From: Neodothiora populina
Lineage: Eukaryota
Assembly: GCF_041146345.1 (NCBI RefSeq)
Contig: NW_027191415.1
Span: 868,001-932,000 of the forward strand
Reading direction: 5' to 3'
Length of the DNA: 64,000 nucleotides
Within the stretch, counting starts at the first letter, position 1. The number at the start of each line of letters is the position of its first letter. The notes under the pieces are model-generated. The model made no database searches. It saw nothing but the letters and a program-made list of their open reading frames with translations, and was not told where the DNA came from. The position numbers and the translations under genes are program-made. Positions 22,449 through 36,019 of this stretch are shown piece by piece.

Positions 22449-24919
22449 ATGGCACCACAATCATCTCGAGACACTTCACAACGGCGCGATCAACGGCGAC
22501 GAACACATAGATACGCAGATAGCAACAGTGAGTTTATACAGGTACCACGCTCGCGCTCACCAGATCTTCCTGCCGAGTCATCGAGTCCATCAAAGTCCAG
22601 GGCTGCGAAGAACACGCGCCGACAGCGATCTCGAGTTCCTGAGTCGGAGAGCAGTAAATCCACAAGCAATGCTCTTTCGGCCGGATCCCTCGCCCACTTG
22701 GACGCAGTCAACCATGATCTAGGATGGAGCGGTTACGATGGAGTCAGGGTACAGCCACGAAACGCAGGACCGGACTATGATGACCTGGACGATGAAGAAG
22801 CAGAGTTGATCCGACGAAAGGAACGCCGCGAAAGACGAGAGGCGAGGAGGCAGTCAAAAGCCCAAGGTCGCGAAGACTATGACAGAGACGAGGAACGTCG
22901 GATCAGACGCGAGCGAAGACGGAGAGAAAGGGCGGAAGAACCAGAGCATATGTCGCGAGGCCAAGAACCTCGGAAGAGGCGTGTCCTCAGTGGGACTCAT
23001 CTCGAACAAGGTCCACGAGCAAAGTCGCACAAGGACTTCGCTCATGAACAACAGCTTTTATCTGAGAAGCACAACTATGAGCAACACCAACACCTGAGAG
23101 GAGGCACCGCAAGCTCCCTATCAGACGAAGAATATGAATATCGCCGTAAGCGTAGAAAACGCTGGATATGTAAGAGAACTCCGTTCATCGATCTTGGTTC
23201 TGACATTGATCCAATTGACTTATTCGACTCACAGGGATTGCTGTCATAGTACTGTTGATAATTCTAGCCGTCGCAATTCCTCTTGGGGTCATCTTTTCCA
23301 AAAAGGCATCTGCGTCACCTGCGACTAACTTGGGCGGCACCAACTCGACAAGCACAAGCAAACCAGCTAATGGAAACTTGAACGGCATTTCCGAAGACGA
23401 CATTCCCAAGGAAGCGCAAGGTACCGTCCTGGATCCATTCACTTGGTATGATACGACGGACTTTAACGTAACGTACACCGCGGTGACTGTTGGCAATCTG
23501 TCCATCATGGGCCTGAATTCCACCTGGGACGATTCTGCCAAGGCGAATGGAAATGTGCCAGCATTATCAACGCCATGGCAGTACGGCAAGATGCCAGTAC
23601 GAGGAGTCAACTTGGGTGGATGGCTTTCTATTGAGCCACTAATCACTCCGTCCCTCTTCACCGGCTATACAACCCACGACAATGTCATCGATGAGTATAC
23701 TTTGACCACCACACTTGGAGCAGCGAAATCGGCGTCAACATTGGAGAAACACTACAGCTCTTTTGTCACTGAGCAGACATTCAAGGATATGCAGGATGCG
23801 GGTTTCGATCACGTGCGAATTCCCTTTTCGTACTGGGCAGTAACGGTCTACGACGGTGATCCATACGTACCGCTGATATCTTGGCGCTATCTATTACGTG
23901 GTATAGAATGGGCACGAAAGTACGGTCTTCGAATCAATCTCGATTTGCATGGAGCTCCAGGCAGTAAGTTGTCACCAACACATGGATCCTCGCGACTTGT
24001 GCTAACGTGACAAACAGGTCAGAACGGCTGGAACCACAGCGGCAGACAGGGTCCTATAAACTGGCTGAACGGTACGGATGGATCACTGAACGGCGATCGC
24101 ACACTCGACGTACACGATCGACTGTCCCAGTTCTTCGCGCAGCCACGATACAAGAACATCGTGACAATGTACGGACTAGTCAACGAGCCGAAGATGACCT
24201 ATCTCGACGTGCCCACGGTTCTGAACTGGACCACATCCGCCATCGACATCATTCGAGGCAACAACGTCAGCGCAGTCATCATCTTCGGCGACGGCTTCAG
24301 AGGCCTAGACAACTGGCAAGGCGAACTCCAAAACTACGACAACATCCTGCTAGACGTGCACCAATACGTCATCTTCAACGTCGACCAGATCGCCCTGAAC
24401 CACAGCGACAAGGTCAATTTCGCTTGCGGAGGCTGGACCCAGCAGGCCCTGCGCTCCCAGGACAAAACCACCGGCTTCGGACCCACGCTGTGCGGAGAAT
24501 GGAGCCAGGCCGACACGGACTGCGCCAAATACCTCAACAACGTCGGCGTGGGGAGTCGGTGGGAGGGCACGTTGAACATGGCCTCGACACCAGGCGGGTC
24601 CTCGGACGGCAGCGTCTTGTCGCCCACGTGTCCGACGCAGAATAACCCCCGGTGTTCATGCACGGAGGCCAACGCGGACCCGAGCTCCTACAGTGATGCC
24701 TACAAGCAGTGGCTGAGGGATTTCTCCGAGGCACAGATGCATAGCTTCGAGCAAGGCTGGGGCTGGTTCTATTGGACCTGGCAGACCGAGTCGGCGACTC
24801 AGTGGAGTTATAAGCATGGTTTGGCTGCTGATATCCTCCCTCCCAAGGCTTACCAGAGGGACTTCAATTGCTCTTCGATACCTGACTATGCGGGCATGGG
24901 ACTGGCTGAGTACTACTGA
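22449..24919 (+). CDS. exgD: GH5 glucan 1,3-beta-glucosidase, membrane-anchored ExgD type; exons 22449-23169, 23235-23963, 24018-24919
   Basis: Charged cytoplasmic N-terminus, RRKRWIW plus a TM helix, RGVNLGGWLSIEP, DHVRIPFSYW, DLHGAPGSQNGWNHSG, catalytic NEP and GEW motifs, GWFYWTW. Confidence 0.9.
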
Positions 24920-25346
24920 TCTGGTCGGCGGTGCTTTGCTGTTGTAGTTGTTTTGCTTTGCTCTCGAGGGTCGAGAGGGCTCATGTGTAATGTAGCTATG
25001 TATAGAAATGACGTTCCGTGTGGACATGACTATCTGAAGTGCAGTGTCGTCCTAATAAGAAGAGAGAAAGGATGTGTCAAGTAACGAATGTTGGTATTGT
25101 TTGGTGATGGTGATAATGTGAAGGGAATCTATAAGATACTAAAACGCACAGCTCCGTCCGTTTCATTCCAGGCTCCATTGTCAATGCAACGCCAGCGATA
25201 TCATTATCTTCGCATCACCGTGAGTTGCGAGTTCTGCACTACCGGACAGCGCAAACAAGGTAGAGAGAGCCTCCCATCGGATTGAAGTACCTTATCAATT
25301 GCGCCTGTCGTGAATTAAATCGATGGAAATGTCATTGTGAGTTGTC

Positions 25347-28300
25347 CTAAGACAGATGGAAGGCACCCTGGCCTTCCCTGATCGCAACGCCCAACTTCTC
25401 CCGCAGCACCTCGATACTACTGTAGTTGGGCATCTTGAGATAATTGACGCATGTCATGACACTGGGGAGGTAGTCATCTGACGTCAATGGTGGCTCACTA
25501 GGCTTGCACACGACAGTGAACATGGGCGTGAGAGACTTGAAACCTGCAATAATGGCTTAGCGTCAGATCATATGGTCAGTGTACTCGTCACGATACGTAC
25601 CACCAATTGGGAGCTTTGGGCTACCCGTGACAAATTGCAAGAAATCGCGCTGCTGTGCAGCCGTGTACTCCGACATGACTTGTAGGAGGTTGCGAACGCT
25701 TGCACTGTCGAGGTTGAACCCATGATCGGCTTTGATTGAATCCATGAGAGCTATGTTCGGTCAGCAACAAGTCACCACACTTTTAGTGCTATATTTGCTT
25801 ACTTTCCAGCGACCAATCTTCTTCGGATCGGCCGAACAGCATTACCAACTCATCCGGAGTAAAAGCCTTCAAGGCAGAGTATGGGAAGACTTGTGAAAAG
25901 CCAGCTCGGAAGGCTTCGACCTGCTTCTGAACTCCAGATCGCAAGGTGAAGTCAATGACCTTGCTGACATACAGCTCGACGTTGTCTATGGTAACGTCGA
26001 TGCTGGAACCACTTGGCTGAAGCTCGATGGAGGGATATCCTGGGAGAGTAAGGTCGAGTCCCATATCCTCCACTGCAACATCCTTGATCCTGACCTCATG
26101 AGAAGCCTGGACCTTTTGCATCGGTGTCAATTGCGCGTCCTCATCAATCGCACGCTTGGCCTTGACGTACAGCATCAAGTGCTTGAGCGAATTAGCAAGA
26201 TCTTTGTCCACGGACGCGACGGCACCTAGCGAAGGTGTGACCGTGCTATCGGCGTCGCCCACTCGGAAGAAAGTTGGATTGAAGGAAACATCAATGATGC
26301 GTGAATCGAGCATTGAGCGTGCCACAAATTTTCCTAGCATACGGAACAGGTGAATGATTCTCTTCCCATTCTCGGTAGCCGCTTGCTCAACACTCATTGG
26401 TGCTGGGAATAGGCCACTCGCGCCGAAAGCAAATTCGTCTCCCTCTTGAGACTCGTTCTCACGCCACAACTTGATCTTTTTCTTCGAAAACTCTTTAGAC
26501 ACTGTGGAGTAGAATTCAAGAGTGGGACCCAGACCGGTGCCAACCTCCTCGAAATACTCCACCTCTAAGATGCTTGGAGACGAGCCATAAAGTTCCATAA
26601 CCTTGATTGCTGACTCCAAGATACGGCTTCTTGAAATACGCACCTTTTGACGCTGCAAACGTCCCAGGAACGGTCGTTCATCCCGATGTCGACGTGATTC
26701 GTTCTCAGCTTGAGAGTTCTGCCAGCGTGTCATGGAACGAGAGTACCCGAACGAGGTAGACTGGAGGAAAAGGTGTCTGGTCTCGAAAGGAAAGAGGAAG
26801 GGATAGAGGCGTGCGAGGTCTTCGCTCCAGGTTGGTAGACAGTTGCTTGCCACAATCAGCGGCTCTTCAAGCTGCCGATTGAGCTTGGCTGTGAGTTTGG
26901 TATTGACAAAGGCCGAAAGAGGTTCGGCGTCAAGATCCAGCGTACCCTTGTCAACCAAAACATCTTCCAGATGAACGTTCGTCTGATGGAGAATGCTCAT
27001 GAGTCGGAGGATACTAGCGGTGATAGGGTGCTCGCTGAGTGATGGCGGCAGACTAGAGCCATCGCTGCTCAGAAACTCTGTAGAAGATGACAAGAAACTA
27101 GTCTCTGCAGGAGGCGGTCCAGGTAGTCGTTTGAATGAGATTTTGTGTAGATTCGACCATACATTGCGGCTCGACACTTCTTCCGGATGGGATTGATTGA
27201 AGTGGACAGCACGATATATCGTGGTGTCGTTGGCGAGTGGCTGATCGTCGATGCTGAACTCAATATGCCAATCCTGCGAGATCGGGGCTGGAGGCGCAGC
27301 CTGCGCAGATGGTCTCGCGCTCGAGGTTGGGGTTGAAAGCAACTCTCTTGCGGCGGCTAAAGATGCAGCTGCAGAAAGTCGAGATGTGGCCAAAGGCTGA
27401 GATCCTTGCTGCGGAGTACTCACCCTGGTGCCGTCTTCCCTGTGAGCAGTGACTCTTCCCGTGTTTGCCACCTGGAGATTCACTGCAGATGGGTCAGGGA
27501 TATCCTCATCATCAAGACTGTGGTCAAGATCATCCACTATGGCGTCGAGAGCAGCGTCACGGTCTTCTTCATCTTCGTCTGTGAACGTAGCCTCATCAGC
27601 GCACTCCAGATTGCTGTGCTCCGGATCTGCGCGTGAGGCGGTAGGTGTCCTCGGAGCCTCCTCGTCATTGCTCCCCCTCTGCGCCGAGACGTTGCGCGAG
27701 GAACGGCGCAAGCGATTCGAAGACTCTTTGCCGGGTTGGCCTGGTGTTGTCTTGGAGTCGGCAGAGCTAGGTCGGGTCTTGGTTGTGGCATTCTCGGGTG
27801 TTGCGCTAGGGGTTGCAGCGGAAGCGCGAGCCAACGTGTTGGTCAGAGCGTCACGGCTGCGAGCAGCTCGTTCCGCCAGACTGATACGAGGCCTCAGATA
27901 ATCATCAAGCGCCCTGAATGTGGCTATGGCGTGTATAGACACCATGATATTCCGGTAAGGGCGGGGGATTCCCGAAGTCTCATCGGCAACAAGTTTTATG
28001 CGTAGCTGTTTGGCGAGCATTGATGCGGCGCTGCTCCTGCTGCTGTCGAATGCGTTATGGCTGATGGTGAAAACCTCGAAGTGCTCGGTCCTGCTTAGAA
28101 GATCCTGTAGTTTGTAGATCAGCACACTGAACGCCGTACCCGGTGAAGCACTGCTGCCGGACATGGCTTTCGCCTTTTCGTTGCTTGACATGAAAGCTTC
28201 GACAAATTCTGACCTAGCCTTCATGCTCACGAGCGGATCGTTAGATGTGAAGATTGTCAGAAGCGCTTCGACAACGCCCGAAGTCAGCAGCTCGTAGCTC

Positions 28301-31131
28301 GTGATCGTCTCAAGAGCATCAGTGTTGAAATACTTCGCGAGGCGAGCAAACAACTCTTGTCCATCTTTGGGGGCCCCAGTCGTGTAACTCCTCGATAGCT
28401 GGCTAGCGAGATCACGCAACTGCTCTAGAACTGCTGATGCTTGAAGTTGCATGCCCGACTCTGTAGCACTGCTGTAGACCTCCATGAATTTCTTGGCACG
28501 AGTAGTGATGATGTCTTGGCCGTTTGTCGCAGGAGTACGGTCGGCCGGTCGAGATCTGCCCTCGGGCGAAGACCCATCGTCAGAGTCCTCGTCGTCATCT
28601 TCGATGTCGTCGTCTTCATGGTGGCCTGCACCACCATCGTGCATGTCACCCTCAGATTCTTCGTCAGGATAATCGGGTTCGTCGGCCTCATGCTCATCAT
28701 CCGACGAGTCCTGGTGCTTTTGTTGTCCTCGCTCTGGCAGATTAGCAGTGGCCGATTCGGTGTTTTCATTGACACCTCCTTGATCGAGGGACTCGTTCAA
28801 GGGTCGCTGTGCCAATTTCATGATTTCGGCCATTACACCTTCACGATAAAATTGAGGTCTGTAAATGTGTTCGAGCCTCTTCAGAAGTAATTCGGCAATC
28901 TGCAGAGCGAAAGTGACCAAGGTCGTGTTCTCTTGCTGCGTCAAGATAGATGCCAGATGGGAGGCATATGTGACTCCAGAAAGCGCATTTTCAAGAATGG
29001 ACGTATCGAAATTTGAAAGCATCTTGAGTTGAGCCGTGAGGACTTTCTGACGCACGCTGAGATTGACGGTACTCGTGTATGCATGCATGAGTGTGGGAAA
29101 CAGGATGACAGCGAAGCGCTTCACGTCCGCTTGACAATCTTGCAGGAGCTCCAGTCGCTTCTCGTTCGGGGATTTGCGCGCGCGAGTAGCCATTGATACA
29201 CTGCCAGCGCCCGTATAACCGGCATCAGTCAACTGATCCAGAAACATCAGGTTCTCACGCGAGACTGCAGGCAGAATCTCGCAAATAACATTGAGAGTCT
29301 CGAATATCTGATCGCGAGGCGAGCGAATCAAGGCTTGCATGATGATGTTCTTGTCAATCTTGGTAGCTATATCTTCTACTCCTTCGGGTGGAGATACACC
29401 GGTCAGAATTTGATACAATGTATCGACGACGTTCATGCGCAACAGCTCAATGGCCAGGCGTGGACTTGCCCTGGCGGTAATGGCCAAAACGCGCAGGAAT
29501 TGTGTATGTATATTGGGCCCAATGAGATTAGTTGTCCCAGGGAGAAGCAGGCGAAGCATGGCCTGTAGCAGTTCGGGACTGACCAACTCCTCTAGCTTGT
29601 CTTCTTTGTACCTGAAGCTCTCAATGATACGAGACACACAGAGGGAGCCCTGTTCGACAACCTTTTGGTCACTACTCCCCAGGACGTTGAGGAGAACGGG
29701 CATGACATCCCTGACGACAGGAAATGAGTCCTCGGGGATATTCCGGCAGCAGTTTGCGGCTGTAGTGACGGCTGTCCTTTGAGTGCTGGTTGCAAAGAAG
29801 TCGAGATATGTCAAGCACGCAGTTAGGCCCCCCTCACGCACAATGGAGGAGGGGAATTCGACCGAGATCTTCTCCAGGGTACTCAGTGCTTGCTCGGCAA
29901 CGTCAATATAGTGAATCTCCAAGAGCTTCTGACACAGTACAGGTACTGCTCCACCATACACAACGCTCGCAGTGGCCGCAGGCAGTGCTTCCATCAGGTT
30001 GGCGATACATCGGCATGCAAGAAGCATCATCTCGGGATTCTCCTCCCCAAAATCGCTAGGTTGCATCAGGGTGACCAGCTCCTTGACATATTGATCGGGT
30101 GAAAAATGACCCGCCAGATTGTCCTCATTTGACACAAGGAGGATCTCGGAGAGTTCGGTGAGCCCGATCATCTGTACGGTGGGATCATCTTTCGCGCGGA
30201 GATTACTGAGGATACCGCGAAGACGTGTAGTCATGCCAGACATCATGCCACTGAGAGCGCGGAGGGTGTTTGACAAGCCCGAGGGCATGCCAGACCGTCC
30301 CAGAAAGCCAGCCGAGAAGGGGTCGTTGTCACCGTCCTGATCCTCGAGGAATCTTCTGGAGGTTGACCCATCTCCTCGTTCATGTGTTGTAGACCTTTCA
30401 TCGCTGTTGCCATCCTCGTGGGTCTCATCGTCATCGTCTTCGTCCTCGTCCTCATCATTGTCCTCGTCTTCATCGCGACTGTGTTCATGACCACGCTCGC
30501 CGTCACTGTCATCTTTCACCTTCTCTTCGGCCTCGCCCTCGTCATCGCTCCGGTGTCTAGCATCATCTTCGAGATGATAGGGATTGTCCGCACTTTGCAT
30601 CGTCGAGGACGACTCTAGTGTCTTGCGGGGAGGCGTTTGTATAAAAGCTTTCTTAGAAGAGGCCGACGGAGGGGATGTCTGGTAGGGAGGGTTCTTCCTA
30701 TGGCCTGACCTGTGACGTGGGGCTGATGATGCATGTGAGACGTCGTCGGAATGAGTGGGCGAGTGTCTCCTTCTAGCTGGACCGGACGGGCGAGAGGTGT
30801 CAGCGTCTTCATACGCACTACCTGACATGGCCAACGAGGCCCTCTTCCCACGACGAGTAGCTCTTGATGAAGTGTGTGTGGCCTGGTCCTGAGGTTGCTG
30901 AGCTGCAACTGGTGCCGACTCGCTCAGTCTCGGCTTCTTCGATTTACGGGCAGGGGCAGATTCGGTGGTTTCGGGGGATGACGAAGATGTTCGTCCCTGC
31001 GTGGCTTTTCGCTTGCGAGTAGATTGAGTCTGGCGAGTGGATGAGTCGGTGATGGGGGGAGTCGAATCGTCAGTCGTGGCAGATGGATTTGCAGCTAGTC
31101 TCGCTGAAGAGCGAGTGACTCTGGATGTCAT
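25347..31131 (-). CDS. UFD4: HECT E3 ubiquitin ligase Ufd4/TRIP12 family; exons 31131-25803, 25750-25601, 25543-25347
   Basis: ARM region ([28 protein letters not shown]), [31 protein letters not shown]. Spliced C-terminus [19 protein letters not shown]...[14 protein letters not shown]...EGQGAFHLS* carries the catalytic Cys. Confidence 0.95.
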
Positions 31132-32643
31132 GAGTAAATGTGGCGAAACGAAGTTTCAAGAAGGTTGGTACAAGGCTAAGCCACTGCCTTGATGGAACAA
31201 GGTCAGAAGGAAGTAGACAGGCATCCAACAGATGGAGGATACAGCGAGGGCAAGACTGGTGAAGGCTGAGGGGTAGTGGACGGAGATAGGCTGCTGGACA
31301 GCGTTGGATAGATGAAGATGCAGAACGAAAAGGGAGATTGTGGTCTCTTTGGATGAAAAGTCAAGAACTTGGAGAAGGAGCAGAGTGATGGCAAACCAAC
31401 AGTGCGAGTGAAGAAAGCGGAGGTGGAAGCGGAGGGGATGATGGTGGTGGGTGGGTGATGTGGTGGCGGTGGATAAGATAAATGAAGCGGATGGTACCTT
31501 GAATTGACAGTGTCAACCATGAATTGAAGCGCACGCCATAAGCAAAAGCAAGTGACAGGAAGGCGCAGGTCCCAGTGTGAGAGGTTGGCTGGAACTCCAA
31601 GTATGAGAGACGGATGAGAAATCAAGGTAATACAAGGTAGGTACGAGTAGCCGTGCTATCTAGAGCAGCAGGCGGTGGAATGAGTTATGAAGATGAATCG
31701 AAATCACTGTGACGACTGTCCCGACAGATTTATCGAGTCGTGGCGGCAGCGAGATGGACGGTCTAAGCTGAAAAGGTGTCGCTGTGAAGGGAAGGTCAAG
31801 TGATACAATGCCTACTAGAGGAATAGGTACAGGTATGGATAGATGCCCGGCGGTGATTAGCGTCCGGGTACGGCGATGTACAGCGGGCACAGCACAGCAC
31901 AGCATAGCACAGCGGGCGGTGATAGACGCCAACGATAATCCGTTCTCCGATATTGGAAGCTTGGCAGGACAAGGCACACCAATACCTTACTGATTCCAAT
32001 ATCTCATTGTGTTGTTAGTCAAAGGCTCGAGTGATGGATGGATATTGGGCTTGTCATTGTTCCAGCAAGTGTCCGAAGTAAGTCAATGGCATGCAGTCGA
32101 GTCCATATTCTGGAAACTGATGCCTTGTGCTAGGTAAGGTAAGGTAATCATGATGAGATACGATTACTCTACGGCAGGCCAGTGTTCTCTCTGAAAACCT
32201 GCATTTACCTCCACTTTCTGTGACTATGCTAAGATTCCTGTAGTCTTTCATCGGAGACCATCCATGGTCAAAATAAAAATGAATGATATCTGGTCGGGCT
32301 CCAGATGCATAGGTGCATTGATCGGTGTTGGTCCTGCGGCCCGAAGCCGTCCGCGTTCGGAGTATCCACTTCCGTCTCGCGACCACTTGATTCATGCCGT
32401 CATTGACGAGTATCGAAATTTAGATCATGTACGTTGAGTCTGCTAGATCATTGTCGCGCTAACTGTTAAACTGTCTTTCCTATCTCTTGCATATTACCAC
32501 TGTACTTTTGACCGTCTCTGCTCGCTGGATGCCCTACACTTCTGGGCAACTATAGAGCACTTGTTACCCCACATACCCAAGCCTCAGGACTATGCTCTTG
32601 TTGAGAATACCTGGAACAAGTCCATTTTATCCAGACCGCGAAG

Positions 32644-34293
32644 ATGGATGACCCGTCTTCAGCACTAGAGGTACAATATTCGACCTTTTTCCTGCTTCTC
32701 TGGCTCCGAATGCTTACAACCATAAAGGCAGAATACTGTCCGCCGATCGACCCAGCTTTGTTCTCAGCTATCATCTACGATCATAACCTGCAAGACAGCG
32801 CATCTTTGGAGCAGGCGCGCGCGATTCTGGATACCCTAAAAGACACTGCCATTGCAGAAGAGGCCACGGGCTTCGACCCTTCTGGAAGTAGCTCCATCGC
32901 AGACATCGCAACAGACTCGAGGAACGAGAACGGCTCCGTCTCTCGCGACACCGACCTCACCAGCGTGTCAAATTCTCTGTCTACTCTTGACTTGACAGAC
33001 GACCAAGCAATCTCCACAATCGACGATCTTGCGGGCATAGAGCAGCTGGACTGCGAGAGCAAGATTCAACTGCTGAACGACGTCTTCCCGTCTCTGAGCA
33101 AATTCACAGTCTCGCATTCCCTGAAGAAGAATGGCTACAAATGGGCTTTAACCTTTGACGATCTACTTAATCAAGTTTATATATACGAGAAGTCCGAGTC
33201 TCCCAAAGGAGATGCTATTGTAGCAAAGGGAATTGATGCATTTGCCGATGATACCAGCATACCTCGTAACACCAAGCGGAAGAAGAAGAATCAGCGCCAT
33301 GCTTCTGGCCGTTCGACTCCGGTCTCTACTGTGGATATGCAGGAAATGACGTTGCCCGCGACCAACAAGTGGCAAGTCGCGGATAGCGACATCATGTTCC
33401 TTGCTGAACGGACACATTTGCCTACGAAACTCGTCTCGTCCATCTACAATCAGCACAACGCATCTATGCAGAAGACCATATCGGCCATACTCGAGGGATA
33501 TGCCCAGTCGAATTATTCCCTTTTGTCTGAAGATCCACTCATCCAAGTTGACGCATATCAACTAGGCGAGGAATATTCATCCATATCTGATCGAAATCGT
33601 CTTGCTCTTATCGGCATCACTCGCCAGTCTATGAGCGCCGCTCAAGATCTTGCTAAGGCCTTGACGACCACGAGGAGCCCAGGTATTTCTGCACCAGAGA
33701 AACTTGTGCCGCGCTATGCACCATTGCATATATCCGATGATGAAGAGACCTACCTTGTACCGATCCTATCTCAAGCGGCGACAATGACCCCGATGGACTA
33801 TGGTACTGCGTCTTCGAAATCCTCCTCGCTCGAGTCTGCTAGACATGCGGCTCTGACGCAAGCACGTAACGCGTATCGAAAATCTAAATCGGATCGTCTC
33901 ATGGGTGGTGCGGCTGCGTACTATTCCCAGGTCGGCCGGGATATGAAGCAGTCTTCGCTCCTATACAATGCGGCTGCAGCTGATGCACTCGTGGCATCGC
34001 AATCCGCTCCAGATCATATTGACTTACACGGGGTTACTGTCGATGACGCTGTACGAATTTCACAACTCAAGGTCAGACAATGGTGGGACGGCCTAGGTGA
34101 AAACAAATTCAATGGCCGCATTGGTGCCTACAATCGATCCCAAGGCTTCAGGATAGTGACCGGAGCCGGGCGGCACAGTAGAGGTGGGAGAGGAGTTTTG
34201 GGTCCTGCCGTGAAAAAGGTTCTCGAGCGTGAAGGCTGGAAGATCGATGTCACCAGCGCGGAAATACTGGTCAAGGGCAAGAACAAACCATGA
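32644..34293 (+). CDS. Smr-domain protein with a CUE-like region (Cue2/N4BP2-like putative endonuclease); probable in-frame intron 32671-32727
   Basis: C-terminal Smr motifs IDLHGVTV and IVTGAGRHS; upstream A.RKSKSDRLMGGAAAYYS segment; CUE-like LNDVFPSL. Confidence 0.8.
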   Translation: MDDPSSALEVQYSTFFLLLWLRMLTTIKAEYCPPIDPALFSAIIYDHNLQDSASLEQARAILDTLKDTAIAEEATGFDPSGSSSIADIATDSRNENGSVSRDTDLTSVSNSLSTLDLTDDQAISTIDDLAGIEQLDCESKIQLLNDVFPSLSKFTVSHSLKKNGYKWALTFDDLLNQVYIYEKSESPKGDAIVAKGIDAFADDTSIPRNTKRKKKNQRHASGRSTPVSTVDMQEMTLPATNKWQVADSDIMFLAERTHLPTKLVSSIYNQHNASMQKTISAILEGYAQSNYSLLSEDPLIQVDAYQLGEEYSSISDRNRLALIGITRQSMSAAQDLAKALTTTRSPGISAPEKLVPRYAPLHISDDEETYLVPILSQAATMTPMDYGTASSKSSSLESARHAALTQARNAYRKSKSDRLMGGAAAYYSQVGRDMKQSSLLYNAAAADALVASQSAPDHIDLHGVTVDDAVRISQLKVRQWWDGLGENKFNGRIGAYNRSQGFRIVTGAGRHSRGGRGVLGPAVKKVLEREGWKIDVTSAEILVKGKNKP

Positions 34294-35775
34294 TGGAAAA
34301 AGCCAGAATACTTCATCGATCCGACCAGATCAGACCACGACTACCGTTGTATGAAGTACTTGTACAATGTTCTTCGTGCTCGCTTACTTGTCAAGAGGTA
34401 GCACAATGCTCAGTCTCACAAAACGGCATCCATGGCACGTCTTGCACGCGTAAAATAATGCATTTGCTACAAGTATCTGGTCTGTGGCAAGCCATGGCCT
34501 CGTCAAGACTGGTCGTGAGATCGATCTGGACTAGTACAAGTATACCAACAAGAATGAAAAGTCAAAATGAAGGTCAGAGAGAAGTGCTTACGGTGGCCAT
34601 TGAGCGGGAAGGCTGGCGGGCTCACTAGTGATTCGCCACTGAGTTCTCCTTGCAATTTCGGGTTCGTCACTTGTGCACCCCTAGGCCCCCTTGAACCCGT
34701 GCAATACCCCACGGAGCCAAGGTCGGCGGGCTAGATTCAGACCTTGATTCCACCTCAGCACATCTTAATTGCACTACACTTTTCTCGGCACAGTTCACCA
34801 CAACCAACTCTATGTTTGCAGAATTAGTGCATTCGCTATCTTCTCGAAGTGCCTTCCACGATTCAAGCTGCACGACAAACAAGGCACAAGGCACCGACCG
34901 CTAGAGACACTTAGCAAGACGAGTCAAAGTGGCCAGCTGACCATACCTAAGCGAAGTACTAACGCGCCTTCGTGCATCTTGCAGAGTCATGCGCTTACTG
35001 ACGGGTAATCGCTCAAAGGGATGGCACTTGGTACGTCCGGAGTCTTAGTGCATCTCAAGACAATTTAGTACTATACCAACGGCTACAGTGCTAGCTTGTT
35101 GAGGTTCCGATCGGCCCTTTTATGGGTCCGTCTCTGGGGTATCTGTTCAGATTATGCGGGTTCCCCATGGCACGAGAGATCGCACGGGACACATGGCCGC
35201 CCTAGTCTCTGGGGAACGTACCGATACAGACGTGATCAATCTTTTATACTTTGGATCACGGACCTCCAACGTTGGGGAAGTTCACCTCTCAAACTTACAG
35301 AGAGATCATTGGCGGTCGCAGAAAAGAAAGAATTATTACCTTACCATGTATGCGTGCATGTTGGCATTCAACAACAGGCATGAGTTCTTACAAGACGAAT
35401 GTTGCTGCAATTTCGAGAACCAACCCCTCATCAGGCATGCTCGTACATACTCGAGCCGCCAATTGATATGGTTCATGGAAGCCTCCGGGCCTCATGCCGT
35501 GTTTCGGAGTCATGAGATTAGCCGCGAGGAGACGGCGCCAGCACACGGGCATCTGTTGAATCGTTAAGTTGGCCTTCTCCAGGTATCGGCAGCACTTTCT
35601 CGCGGAACTTAGGTTCGATGCGGTAAGACTTCATCATGTCGGACCGAATCACAAAACTTCTTGCTGGTGAGCTTGAGCTAACAAAGCCAATAACGGCATT
35701 AGCGTGAGTAGCACTCGAATTAGAGTTGTTCTAAACACTACCAGAACACACGCACCAAGTCCACCCTTGACAAAC

Positions 35776-35853
35776 CTGGAGTCCCCACGGGCTGGTATTC
35801 TATGGGGGATCTGTGCTGCCTCCCTTCGTATAAGTAGCACGATGATCCCCCAC
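35776..35853 (+). promoter_or_regulatory. Putative core promoter of the MFS transporter: TATAAG (35829-35834) flanked by three CreA-consensus SYGGRG sites
   Basis: CTGGAG 35776-35781, CCCCAC 35783-35788 and CCCCAC 35848-35853, about 170-245 nt upstream of the ATG at 36020. Short motifs only, no functional data. Confidence 0.35.
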
Positions 35854-36019
35854 ATCTATACCATCATCATCCAAGAAGCAGATCCGATTCCTTCATTCGA
35901 CCTTGAGGTCTTACATTCACTTTTCTCTCATTCATTAGTAGAGATCTGCCTTCACTTTTAAGCTAATCTAGCTTCTATACTCTATCAATCCACAACTTAT
36001 TCCATCGACCTCTATCACG

